From: an uncultured virus (IMG/VR IMGVR_UViG_3300033463_000098)
Taxonomy: Duplodnaviria; Heunggongvirae; Uroviricota; Caudoviricetes
Virus record (IMG/VR): IMGVR_UViG_3300033463_000098
Strand: one strand, 5' to 3'
DNA: 20,000 nucleotides
The translations under genes and the position numbers were made by a program. This document shows, piece by piece, positions 12,001-16,556 of this stretch. How positions within the stretch are numbered: position 1 is the stretch's first letter; each line of letters opens with the position of its first letter. The notes below the pieces were generated by a model. That model did not search any database. It was not told where the DNA came from and worked only from the letters and a program-made list of their open reading frames with translations.

Positions 12001-15000
12001 AACAAATTAAACTTTATTCGTTTGCTAAAGGTAATATGAATGGTGGCCCTGCGATGGCGAGTGCGGCTGCGGCATTAGCAGCTTTGAAAGAAATTCGTGC
12101 AGCTTGGAAAGCATTAGAAAGCGCGACTGCTAAGACATTGGGTTCTAGCGCTGGTAAGAGCAGTGGTTCTAAGAGTGGTTCAGGTTCTAGTGGTAGTGGC
12201 GGTTCTGGTAGCGGCTCTAGTGGAAAAGGTTCTAGTGGAAAGAGCAGCGGTTCTGGTGGCTCTGGCGGTAGTGGCGGTTCTAGTGATTCTACTAAAGCTG
12301 CAGCGCAAGTTAAGAGTGTTACTGAAGATATAGAACGCTGGTATAATTTGGAACGTCAAATTGTTGAACTTGAAAAAGAAATTACTTATCAGCAAGCATT
12401 AAGAAATAAATATGAGTCTGATAGAATTGCTAATGGTGAAAAGATTTATGAAACTTATCAAAAGGAATTAAGAGCTTTAGAAAAAGAAATTGTAAATCAG
12501 AATGAATTAGTAAGATTGCAAAAGAGTTTCTATGATGCTAGGCGAGCAGAATTAGCAAGTTCAGAATTTAAAAAAATATTTACTTATGATGAAAATGGTT
12601 TACAACAATATACAAGTAATAAACCCGGCAGTAATTTAGGATTAGATATATTAGAAAAATTGACTCAGCGTGATGAAAATGGTAAATTAATTAATAATGC
12701 TGTAAATGCAATTGCTCAATTAAATTATTTAAAAAATACTGTTGGATTTGATATAAGTAAATTATTATATAAAGATGATGGTACTACAATAGCAGATCAT
12801 GCAACCGCGTATCAAGATATTTGGGTAGATAAAAATGGTAATGTAACTAATCAAAAAAATGCTGATACTACTAAAACCCAAGAAAAACGTAATACTATAG
12901 CGGAAGAAATGATGCAAGTTTTCTGGGATCAACTAGAAGGCTGGCAGACTGAAATGGATAGTTTATGGGATAGTTATAATGATACATTAAAAGATATTCA
13001 AGAAAATCAAACTAAACAAAATGAAATTCTTCAAAAACTAGTTGATAATGAGCTATCTATTGAACAAGATATTTATAAAGCAGTTGAAGCACGTAAACAA
13101 AGTGATATTGATACTTTAACTGAACAAAAAGAAGCTATTAGTAAGGCGGCGAGTGATTTTACTGATGGGTTATCTGAACAGCTAGAACGTGAACGTAGTA
13201 TGTATGAGAAAAATAATCAAGCTAATGAATTAACAAAATTACAACGTCAATTAGCTATATTACAACGTTCTGGTGGTTCCGCAAGTCAAATTCGTTCATT
13301 GCAAGATCAAATTGATACTCAAATGCAAGATGAATATTTTAATAAGCAGCAAGAACAAATTGATGCTATTAAAGAAGCCAGCGATAAACAAATTGAAGCA
13401 TTAGAAAGTCAAATTGATATCATGACAGAATCACTTGAATTCCAGAAAGAAAATGGTTTATTATGGGCTGAAGTTCGTGATATAATGAAGCTATCTACTA
13501 ATGAAGTAATGGCCAAGTTGTTACAATGGAATCCTGAATATAAAGAAAAATCTGATTTAGATTTACAAGAAACTATGCGAGACTTTGAAGAGCGCTATCA
13601 AGTTTGGGATTCTGATAGAGGATTAGAAGCTTCATTAAAAAATTATCAAAGTAATACATTAGAATCTTCAATATTAAGTAACGAAGATAAGGATATTGTA
13701 AGCCAAGCATATAGAGCAGCTTATACTAGAGCAATACAAAATGGCAGTGAAAGTCCAGAAATAGAAGCTAATAAAGCGGCTTCTGACACAATGAAGGGTT
13801 TAGGATATCATGATATGGATACAACTACTGATGCTGCTGTTGCTAAATATCAAAAATCTTTTGAAAATAGAGGTTTTAATAAGGAATTTGAAGAACAAGC
13901 CACAGATGAATATGGTCAAGAATATGATACTGCTTATGCTTCAACTTTTGCTAAAGCTTATAAAGATACTCTTACTGGTTCAGGTGAAGGTCAATTTGGA
14001 TTAGAAGATATTTCTCAAGCTACTGAAGAACAACGTCAAGCTGCTTTAGATATAGCAGAAATGGAAGCGCAAAAAGCTGTTGCAGAGGTAACTAAAAAGG
14101 CTTATGAAAAACAAGGCACAGAAGAAAGCCGTATTAAACAAGATGCTTTAAATAAAGAAATGCAAACAGGTAAATATGGCGCTGCATTAAGAGCGGTTGG
14201 ACAAGATGTTATAGATAATAGTGGTGAATTTAATACAAACGATGTGTTTGAAGCCAAATATCAAGAGTTACGCGCGCAAGGAAAATCAATTGAAGAAGCT
14301 GCGAAAGAAGCGGCTCCTGAAATTCAAAAACTTCCAGATTATGCTAATGCCAACCAAGGCGCTATAGCTAATACTAATTTATCTGCTGCATATACAGTTA
14401 GAGTTAAAAAGAAAGTTAAAAAGAAGAAAAAATGGGTTAATGAAACTCGTTACACTACGGTGCCTGCTAATAATCCAATAACTGTAACTGGTATTAAAAA
14501 TAGCGGCAAAACTATAAGGGTAAATGTTAATGGTTATAATATTGAAACTAGTGTTGGCAATGTTCGTGATTTAACAGATTTAGAAAAATATAATTTACCA
14601 CGCTTTAAACAAGGCGGTTTAATTGATTTTACAGGACCAGCAATTGTTGATGGCTCTAAACAGAATCCAGAATCTATTTTAAGCGCTGAGCAGACTAAAT
14701 TCTTACGAGAGGATTTATTAGGTGCTTCTAAAAATTCATTATCTTCTATTGTTGCTGCAATGCAAAATAAATTTGATAATACTTTCTGGAATCAAATTGA
14801 TAATTGGCGTAATGACATGGATCAATTATGGGGCAATTATCAAACGGCTACTATACCTAATGCTGGCGCAACTTCAGTGCAAATTGGCAATGTTAATTTA
14901 ACATTTGAAACTGGAGTAATCGCTGATGATTATGATGCGCGTCGTGCTGGTAGTAATATTGCAGATGAAATTATGAAAATTGCAAGACAATATGGAAATA

Positions 15001-15020
15001 ATAGTGTTTCACGGAGGTAA
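3..15020 (+). CDS. Giant phage tail tape measure protein, TP901 family (probably 5'-partial, >=5005 aa)
   Basis: ORF track 42..15020 (4992 aa). The same frame is open from base 3 (EIANSAGEAVPNN-M) and no strong, well-spaced SD precedes ATG 42, so the true start is probably upstream of the window. Has a TP901/PhageMin_Tail-type core, hydrophobic helices, long Ala/Ser/Gln/Glu-rich helical stretches and C-terminal GExGPE and FKQGG motifs. Followed by Dit-like and Tal-like genes. Confidence 0.95.
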   Translation, partial: EIANSAGEAVPNNMLSGAADRVNEEIDKVKDKISTAETTAEGLSDLKVNIEATMNDEGATEKLQELGNEAQNAGDKVKSFETNAQSAAAAPQALTSSSSTLTSALQGLVDQLNQSNVAFTQMQQKVQTLQGIKQAIVNFTGFHSILNLVKSAIKEAASTIKELDSTMNAISIVTNMSTSDLWKQADAYSQMAQNYGVSISGAYQVSKIYYQQGLQTNEVLTLTNETLKLCKVSGLDYATSTDYMTTALRGFKMEMSEASTVVDVYSSLASTTAVSQGELAEAMSKTASSLESVGTSFQEASSMIATMVAVTRESATNIGTALKSIASRYGELTKSTDELTTDADGQVVSFNKVDKALQSVGITIQTTDGQFRSFTDVITELSGKWDQLSSTQQRYIATQMAGNRQQSRFLALVSNGQMLQQNLNTANNSEGIGTAQALKAMDSLESKLAQLKTAYQQFYVTMGAENVWKAAVSGLTSFTNSLNALPKLFGTIPVTAITIIYNGATLVSSLLLKLVSKLGATLGSSIKTEMSRIGGETKEEVKAQTEQIVQEVQNTITNKVDLSTIFNTDSISANEISSKLTEIVSGLNFEFNPDGTVKTDNFKVDIDAVKNEIQTKLGEAVNTDALNKAFETIQDPQGLVNFFQSLGVVIPGATQAVNSFSDKLLAAEGTISGVGKALQILSQLFNDGTRTGQILSSAVLGVGAALAGLIPILKVLKGQATTNVYIAAATAILTVITSISSIIDAVENKTKYLEKEAEQLKNTMTQIKADEKTLQSGYEKYKQLEAARYESAEAAQEYQTQVDNLADSFPELVSGFDSAGNAIITLENLEDALKTAREKTAQATVDALEKENELLQSRLNDAKKNAKNTNNSVSGDVKQSINSNLPTFYDTNTGSVYDATDGIYSYLYNVFFAIDSSLVEESNSLEDLKEQILALDPNDYNDSERELIQKVQDYLNSPASIVENFMNNFNSYDFTTTEGQEAFNKFVTAWHSADESITNLRETLSDDAVEAIESLITEVDTIISSDNKLSQSGGTLSSAYLQLKFAYNNMYTWIGEQANNALMLSNYINQSFENQKEYKTLKDYYENAADQAVKEFNEAFTGLSQETQEWLNSIDSTKYTAEQIKQILVNKGEFKRTEDIPDILSNAIDATYSTGEEAFNRVKTNFESATKAINNLKIDNKKNTGLDGAIKAFNTYKTAVVDMFDDDKYTNLSGEAANFINTQSDQIKKLISQGMYTQAENLSSLMTQLVNLIFNSNLDLDSQTELVNILKTANLNTIEGINAAIKAIKASDKIDQSAVNDLITELETRMKNIQENVIISYEASLDNVLSIIETDEKVVSKITSGMSMSEVQTLIAKANSLGLTDWNIGDEIVQQGDKFIVTAENVKTFFAEYKASISKNLDDANTAYTNLYNDLNNIGLSDLDLSSISTTAEKLYNLYNAGNTKVKELFERYGIEIQHDGTDIATIETTLKQVKEAKSNAEAALNSAVDVMTQTALWALGEYSDVWHNAEGKFDYKGMDIALTSSIDELDVTTRAAVKKIQSGLSTLLSDYISKMGQIDWSDYENSGIESNLLAEMKQRAQDSNTSFEEFINTYVVLTGKTESEINSMLISARDIQNKASIVDALKSIITSYDNFTYEVAAKYASAIGITVTDLLNNANKYGISDNGLGGYQFDYDKLLATVRENASNMLQSEYNEMISQLNAAKQKASAKQSNAISTIIANRNKLTDENILALANSLETNYDAIFNELNLTLNSDGTSYSVDLSSLQTLIKNHKIEVTDEIEEIIAVLIDNSFSSISNLISNQSKGITSLETMQKTVNEINKLLGENANYDISDLYSYNAELKAYQLNHKGFMASLAAMKVQLDAADASEKKIIQQNINSQLQSLAENIDISGYINAIGTLDYSKIYSNFTKSIDNYNTAVEQLEGNTELAVYEIANALYLGGANAVKAAEAVAAAQGKTLTSDEISTIYKSAVTRLNITVEQVASSTGSIIDKAAADIINAHGGKATEIGNSGQYLVEAVSNLYFAYADLLQQMRETAGATTAEINAIAAKMLSSNMTGTGQFATTEQNVINALSNAANMTYAQFGELLANAGVELSQRLVDQLSEANVIKQLGGEKMAILDFSALAKIFDWDLNSDEYISAFKTYNDSLIGLNRKAENAIVSEINSLSSAKGGDWLNITQLWSTLQSKLENQVLNIIDAAGAPIQLTAFDLLKSKLEEYGATLDDGILKLDSDANIAGAITTLTNYAQEYGDLLQSDVASLADTLDNVLKSFASSIETALSGSLTKSGAVDLTNMVKSLGLDNVQLNFTETANGLKLSYQSAAQLCIELKKSNNEAGKLVFDKVYASLTSASEEFSTIQQTSMKIKDTQNQIEAIERQINESLSKQDGYDAERVANLQKQKSSLQDQLSLYDQIKKKQSASADSYNFMNNKTPSYLDGVTNYWNSVGTAFNSMNTAASSGKMSIQDFQNIINEMNSLAASTGKELKFMGQTLSGSSEDAANLINTGLKYLENVDGKGVQINLSKLGTELKVGTSNMQSGFKEGVQAMAKSQVELLDAAIQLLEVVVQMEALGDIDVDNDNTLDLNEIFNVEYDGTDENGNKLTAFNENYTKWAEQVMEASKTNTDLEAGLKSISINGHTMEEYIDAATGSIEEQSKKFEKLNISEQEYAAVMQAFYEAVQNGDYNLENISASVWETFEKIMPDGTTIKTPSRTIVISGQTHWSIDWTSENTQNLVSYVEKTLKTDEAGAKEAITQAVERTEKGEAKDITDVLYTLSVRENTKIKINKDGTITIGDKTYKQGTVDYIEAIQKEALRQAGISEKNIKSSTTKGNDKGEVIEAGQMTATLNYGKGTIYVTADDKGNLKYYSDGGTAYNSPSAAAEATVKEIIEHKYGNSYNGFSKEKQQEIYNTEYYARWKIAPKIETEVTDASGAGINSSNVASVRASAEKIANASIEEVQGWVDEALKTGGDNGDGTVTITVDNFSKTVSVENAASEFSSAANEIAGQIDTSLIGNIQTAIENAFAADSFINAISTAMTTGITQAFTAGEEGTSFSVPDLTLTPTSLTVDTTDITPKLDAASETPTIEISTLTLKPTGDITVDMTDKTPKLGDSETQTVDIPTVTLNVTGDVTINTGTNVPTLDKTEFTIPTAIKAVASILNLDLETASSTVINKTIQELPADQKLELAKALVTIISLSLDTTNSTLDPKSKSMEGLPNDQQLEAKEAVALIKKINPDTVEAVFGNLTYTIPEENKTFKVSDIFTALIQTINAETISGEGGTNITLPESIDVGGKTIPIAQALAIIQSVSAQLGQGVVPDYSSVIPEGDIEIHKNIVIVADNVSLDASNGGSVDLGTMNDKLIAQANQAGITADKVNTLNEKYNALADAMVNVEKTGGSEESLESLTSAVTEYGTALDNIKDSVTNFDMADDVASSVESTKTAIASTVEALGGSIPEGFATAVEAGKGEIDTAVSTAVQDVPQDINDVVDMNSPSHMAQEYGESIPEGFVLGVNNKAGEVDTAITNMVSNIPTEINTVINSTNWSGMGSQVSSDLASGLSSNQVSVASAAKSLVSAVTDNLDFSTVSTSIGNVDIKSIDKATYDKTLVVEDIKEGKANISNLTVGANAVTANKTLSSLQNMNFSSTSSSLSGVQGSLDKISGASFGNFDSLKDKLTTATTQAQSLWDVVQKFANQTFTVNLNQTGGTTNTTENKTTNETKNVTETKTVNTVSNTTVNVDTSSAQNSAKQLATTLSSTLGPAITLAKTKISILATEMGKIPSKATLVSTLAAAMASIPTGKAAQVSALATQMSKIPDVGNRISNIVSALKNVPSGSKSLSVQFRYTTSKAGATGNIGNFAQAKGSGKALASGYRSTLMGELGPELVVSNGRYFLVGQNGAEFVDLAKDAIVFNHKQTQRLMEQGAIGSRGRALTNETNAVSLAKGRKQPDEGFARVKTPTSYSDTGGSGGVKNNTGAQKTKAITETIRSVSVSPTQSEQIKLYSFAKGNMNGGPAMASAAAALAALKEIRAAWKALESATAKTLGSSAGKSSGSKSGSGSSGSGGSGSGSSGKGSSGKSSGSGGSGGSGGSSDSTKAAAQVKSVTEDIERWYNLERQIVELEKEITYQQALRNKYESDRIANGEKIYETYQKELRALEKEIVNQNELVRLQKSFYDARRAELASSEFKKIFTYDENGLQQYTSNKPGSNLGLDILEKLTQRDENGKLINNAVNAIAQLNYLKNTVGFDISKLLYKDDGTTIADHATAYQDIWVDKNGNVTNQKNADTTKTQEKRNTIAEEMMQVFWDQLEGWQTEMDSLWDSYNDTLKDIQENQTKQNEILQKLVDNELSIEQDIYKAVEARKQSDIDTLTEQKEAISKAASDFTDGLSEQLERERSMYEKNNQANELTKLQRQLAILQRSGGSASQIRSLQDQIDTQMQDEYFNKQQEQIDAIKEASDKQIEALESQIDIMTESLEFQKENGLLWAEVRDIMKLSTNEVMAKLLQWNPEYKEKSDLDLQETMRDFEERYQVWDSDRGLEASLKNYQSNTLESSILSNEDKDIVSQAYRAAYTRAIQNGSESPEIEANKAASDTMKGLGYHDMDTTTDAAVAKYQKSFENRGFNKEFEEQATDEYGQEYDTAYASTFAKAYKDTLTGSGEGQFGLEDISQATEEQRQAALDIAEMEAQKAVAEVTKKAYEKQGTEESRIKQDALNKEMQTGKYGAALRAVGQDVIDNSGEFNTNDVFEAKYQELRAQGKSIEEAAKEAAPEIQKLPDYANANQGAIANTNLSAAYTVRVKKKVKKKKKWVNETRYTTVPANNPITVTGIKNSGKTIRVNVNGYNIETSVGNVRDLTDLEKYNLPRFKQGGLIDFTGPAIVDGSKQNPESILSAEQTKFLREDLLGASKNSLSSIVAAMQNKFDNTFWNQIDNWRNDMDQLWGNYQTATIPNAGATSVQIGNVNLTFETGVIADDYDARRAGSNIADEIMKIARQYGNNSVSRR
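480..1377 (+). other. TP901-family tape measure core domain within the TMP
   Basis: IKELDSTMNAISIVT...YYQQG...STDYMTTALRGF...VVDVYSSLASTTAVSQGELAEAMSKTAS...TRESATNIGTALKSIASR...LQSVGI...GQFRSFTDVITELSGKWDQLSSTQQRYIATQMAGNRQQSRFLAL matches the recognisable TP901 TMP core pattern. Confidence 0.88.
1461..2232 (+). other. Candidate membrane-inserting hydrophobic helices of the TMP
   Basis: KLFGTIPVTAITIIYNGATLVSSLLLKLV (~1461-1547), ILSSAVLGVGAALAGLIPILKVL (~2082-2150), VYIAAATAILTVITSISSII (~2172-2231). Such helices commonly follow the TMP core. Confidence 0.6.
9178..9470 (+). repeat. Degenerate ~99-nt (32-33 aa) Thr/Pro-rich coding tandem repeat, 3 clear copies
   Basis: VPDLTLTPT-SLTVDTTDITPKLDAASETPTIE / ISTLTLKPTGDITVDMTDKTPKLGDSETQTVD / IPTVTLNVTGDVTINTGTNVPTLD; ACAGTTGAT recurs at 9213 and 9312. 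Confidence 0.8.
10362..10632 (+). repeat. 150-nt (50 aa) coding duplication flanking an NSPS motif
   Basis: TCAATTCCAGAAGG at 10371 and 10521; GGSIPEGFATAVEAGKGEIDTAVSTAVQDVPQDINDVV vs GESIPEGFVLGVNNKAGEVDTAITNMVSNIPTEINTVI. Confidence 0.85.
11316..11513 (+). repeat. Four 17-18 aa amphipathic helix-Pro repeats in the TMP
   Basis: ISILATEMGKIPSKATL / VSTLAAAMASIPTGKAAQ / VSALATQMSKIPDVGNR / ISNIVSALKNVPSG. Confidence 0.75.
12141..12290 (+). repeat. Gly/Ser low-complexity linker (~50 aa)
   Basis: GSSAGKSSGSKSGSGSSGSGGSGSGSSGKGSSGKSSGSGGSGGSGGSSDS; recurring GGTTCTAGTGG / GGTTCTGGT units. Confidence 0.9.
15013..15017 (+). promoter_or_regulatory. Shine-Dalgarno for the Dit-like gene, inside the last TMP codons
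   Basis: GGAGG at 15013-15017, immediately before the TMP stop TAA (15018-15020) and 9 nt before ATG 15027; consistent with translational coupling. Confidence 0.75.
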
Positions 15021-15026
15021 TGGAGT

Positions 15027-16538
15027 ATGGCTGAATATAGAGATATAGGTTATTTAAATAATGATGAATCTACTGGGGCGCAAGTCCCAGTAGATTTATT
15101 AAATCGTGGGCAAGTATATTATGCTACACATAAAGATAATGAATTACTTAGTAAATCAGAGCGTTCATTTATTAGTTTTTCTTGGGGAGATAAGAATATA
15201 GAAGATTTTAGTTTTTTAGTTGTTAGTGGTGGTGATCGCTATCAAAAAAGTTTTTATGCTCCATTTCAAGAGAATACAACTACTAATGATTTAATGGATG
15301 GACAAAAATATTGGGGTTTTCATTATAATGCTAATACAATTAGTTTTGGTTTAGCTACTGATGGAGTTTTAGAATCTACTTTACAAGATTTTCGTAATTA
15401 TTTTAAACCAGGTGTTTCACGCGATTTAATATTAAGTGAATATCCTAATCGCGCGATTGCTGCTAGAGTAGCGGATGCGCCTGTATACACGATGTTGCCA
15501 TTTGAAGAAGAAGTAGAAAAAAAGATAGGTAATAAAACTTATAAAATTAAAACTACGAAATGGAAAGGAGAAGCTTCAATAAATTTTGTTGTTGATGAGC
15601 CTTTTTGGCATAACATAGTAGATTGTTTTACTGAAAGTTTTACAAGTGCTGGTGAATTATTAGAATATACAGATGAACAATTAAAAATAATAGAAGAAGA
15701 TGGAATTCCTTGTTTAGAAATGTTTAGTAGTGGTTTTGAATGTTTTCTTTCATATAATAAATATTATAGCGATGGAATGTTTAAAGTTAATGAGTTAGGA
15801 ACTAGTATTAGTAGCGCTGAAGAAAAATATTTATATAATTGTGGTACTGGTGTAGCAAAGCCTATTTTAAAATTTAATTTTACACCAACTTGGTCTGAGA
15901 CATCTAATTATATTGATTTTCCTAATAATTCTTATGTTGGTGGTAAATATAATACAATACGAGTTGGTAATAAAGATTTTAATTTTACTACTCCTGGTTT
16001 TTTAACTTCATATAATCAAGCTATAGATATTTTATCTGGTTTTTCTTCTGGTGATAGTATTATAGAATTAAAAACTGGATTTAGAGATGCTATTAATGAT
16101 ACTTATATACGTGTATGGGCTACTGGATTATGTGAATTAAATACAGCAAGAACATTTAATATTTGTGATGTAGATGGAGTATTAATGGAAAATTTTAATG
16201 ACTCTTTTATTGAGGCTTTTTCTTCTATGTTTCCATCTGATTTTAATATTAATTGTTCTATTGATTCTGAAACAGGAGTTGCAGAAGCAGAATTTGATAT
16301 AAAAGTTATGAGGGTATCAGTTGATAATAGTAATGAAAATACTGGTATTTCAACTAAACTCACAAACGCGCATATAAAAGAAAATATTGGAGATATGATT
16401 TGCTCTGATTACTTAATTATAGATGAAAGAACTCTTCCAAATATTAATGGGAGTATAACTCCTGTTGATTGTTTAAAAATCGCTACTGATTGTGATTTAA
16501 ATAATCTTCAAATTATTTATAATTATATGTATTTGTAA
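15027..16538 (+). CDS. Distal tail protein (Dit)-like, enlarged (503 aa)
   Basis: Directly downstream of the TMP. Dit-like motifs: SFISFSWGDKNIEDFSFLVVS, DGQKYWGFHYNANTISF, LILSEYPNRAIAARV, GEASINFVVDEPFW, YLYNCGTGVAKPILKF and terminal IIYNYMYL. Confidence 0.8.
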   Translation: MAEYRDIGYLNNDESTGAQVPVDLLNRGQVYYATHKDNELLSKSERSFISFSWGDKNIEDFSFLVVSGGDRYQKSFYAPFQENTTTNDLMDGQKYWGFHYNANTISFGLATDGVLESTLQDFRNYFKPGVSRDLILSEYPNRAIAARVADAPVYTMLPFEEEVEKKIGNKTYKIKTTKWKGEASINFVVDEPFWHNIVDCFTESFTSAGELLEYTDEQLKIIEEDGIPCLEMFSSGFECFLSYNKYYSDGMFKVNELGTSISSAEEKYLYNCGTGVAKPILKFNFTPTWSETSNYIDFPNNSYVGGKYNTIRVGNKDFNFTTPGFLTSYNQAIDILSGFSSGDSIIELKTGFRDAINDTYIRVWATGLCELNTARTFNICDVDGVLMENFNDSFIEAFSSMFPSDFNINCSIDSETGVAEAEFDIKVMRVSVDNSNENTGISTKLTNAHIKENIGDMICSDYLIIDERTLPNINGSITPVDCLKIATDCDLNNLQIIYNYMYL

Positions 16539-16540
16539 TA

Positions 16541-16548
16541 TAAGGAGG
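16541..16548 (+). promoter_or_regulatory. Strong Shine-Dalgarno for the Tal-like gene
   Basis: TAAGGAGG at 16541-16548, 8 nt before GTG 16557 (in-frame ATG at 16563). Confidence 0.85.
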
Positions 16549-16556
16549 GAAGAATT

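Noticed and set aside
12141..12290. Short GGTTCT-type repeats as a CRISPR array or DGR repeat
   Set aside because: In-frame Gly/Ser linker with no unique spacers; no adenine-specific TR/VR pair or reverse transcriptase in the window.
8753..12395. Minus-strand ORFs 8753-8941, 10496-11011, 11022-11258, 11117-11467 and 12180-12395
   Set aside because: Short antisense shadows of the TMP gene with low-complexity or hydrophobic mirror composition and no recognisable motifs.
13810..14004. 64-aa + strand alternate-frame ORF inside the TMP
   Set aside because: Leu/Lys/Met-rich composition is what a +1 frame of GAT/GCT/GAA-rich codons yields; no independent support.
13620..14335. Possible helical repeats (QAYRAAYTRAIQNG / TFAKAYKDTL / FEAKYQELRAQG)
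   Set aside because: Similarity is too weak to separate from generic Ala/Glu/Tyr-rich helix composition by eye.
42..15020. Intein or intron as the cause of TMP size
   Set aside because: No C/S...HN splice-junction pattern, LAGLIDADG/HNH motif or frame interruption was seen.
42..15020. Giant adhesin, toxin or SMC-like protein instead of a TMP
   Set aside because: The TP901 core, TMP C-terminal motifs and downstream Dit/Tal synteny explain it; no Walker A, LPXTG or RTX motifs seen.
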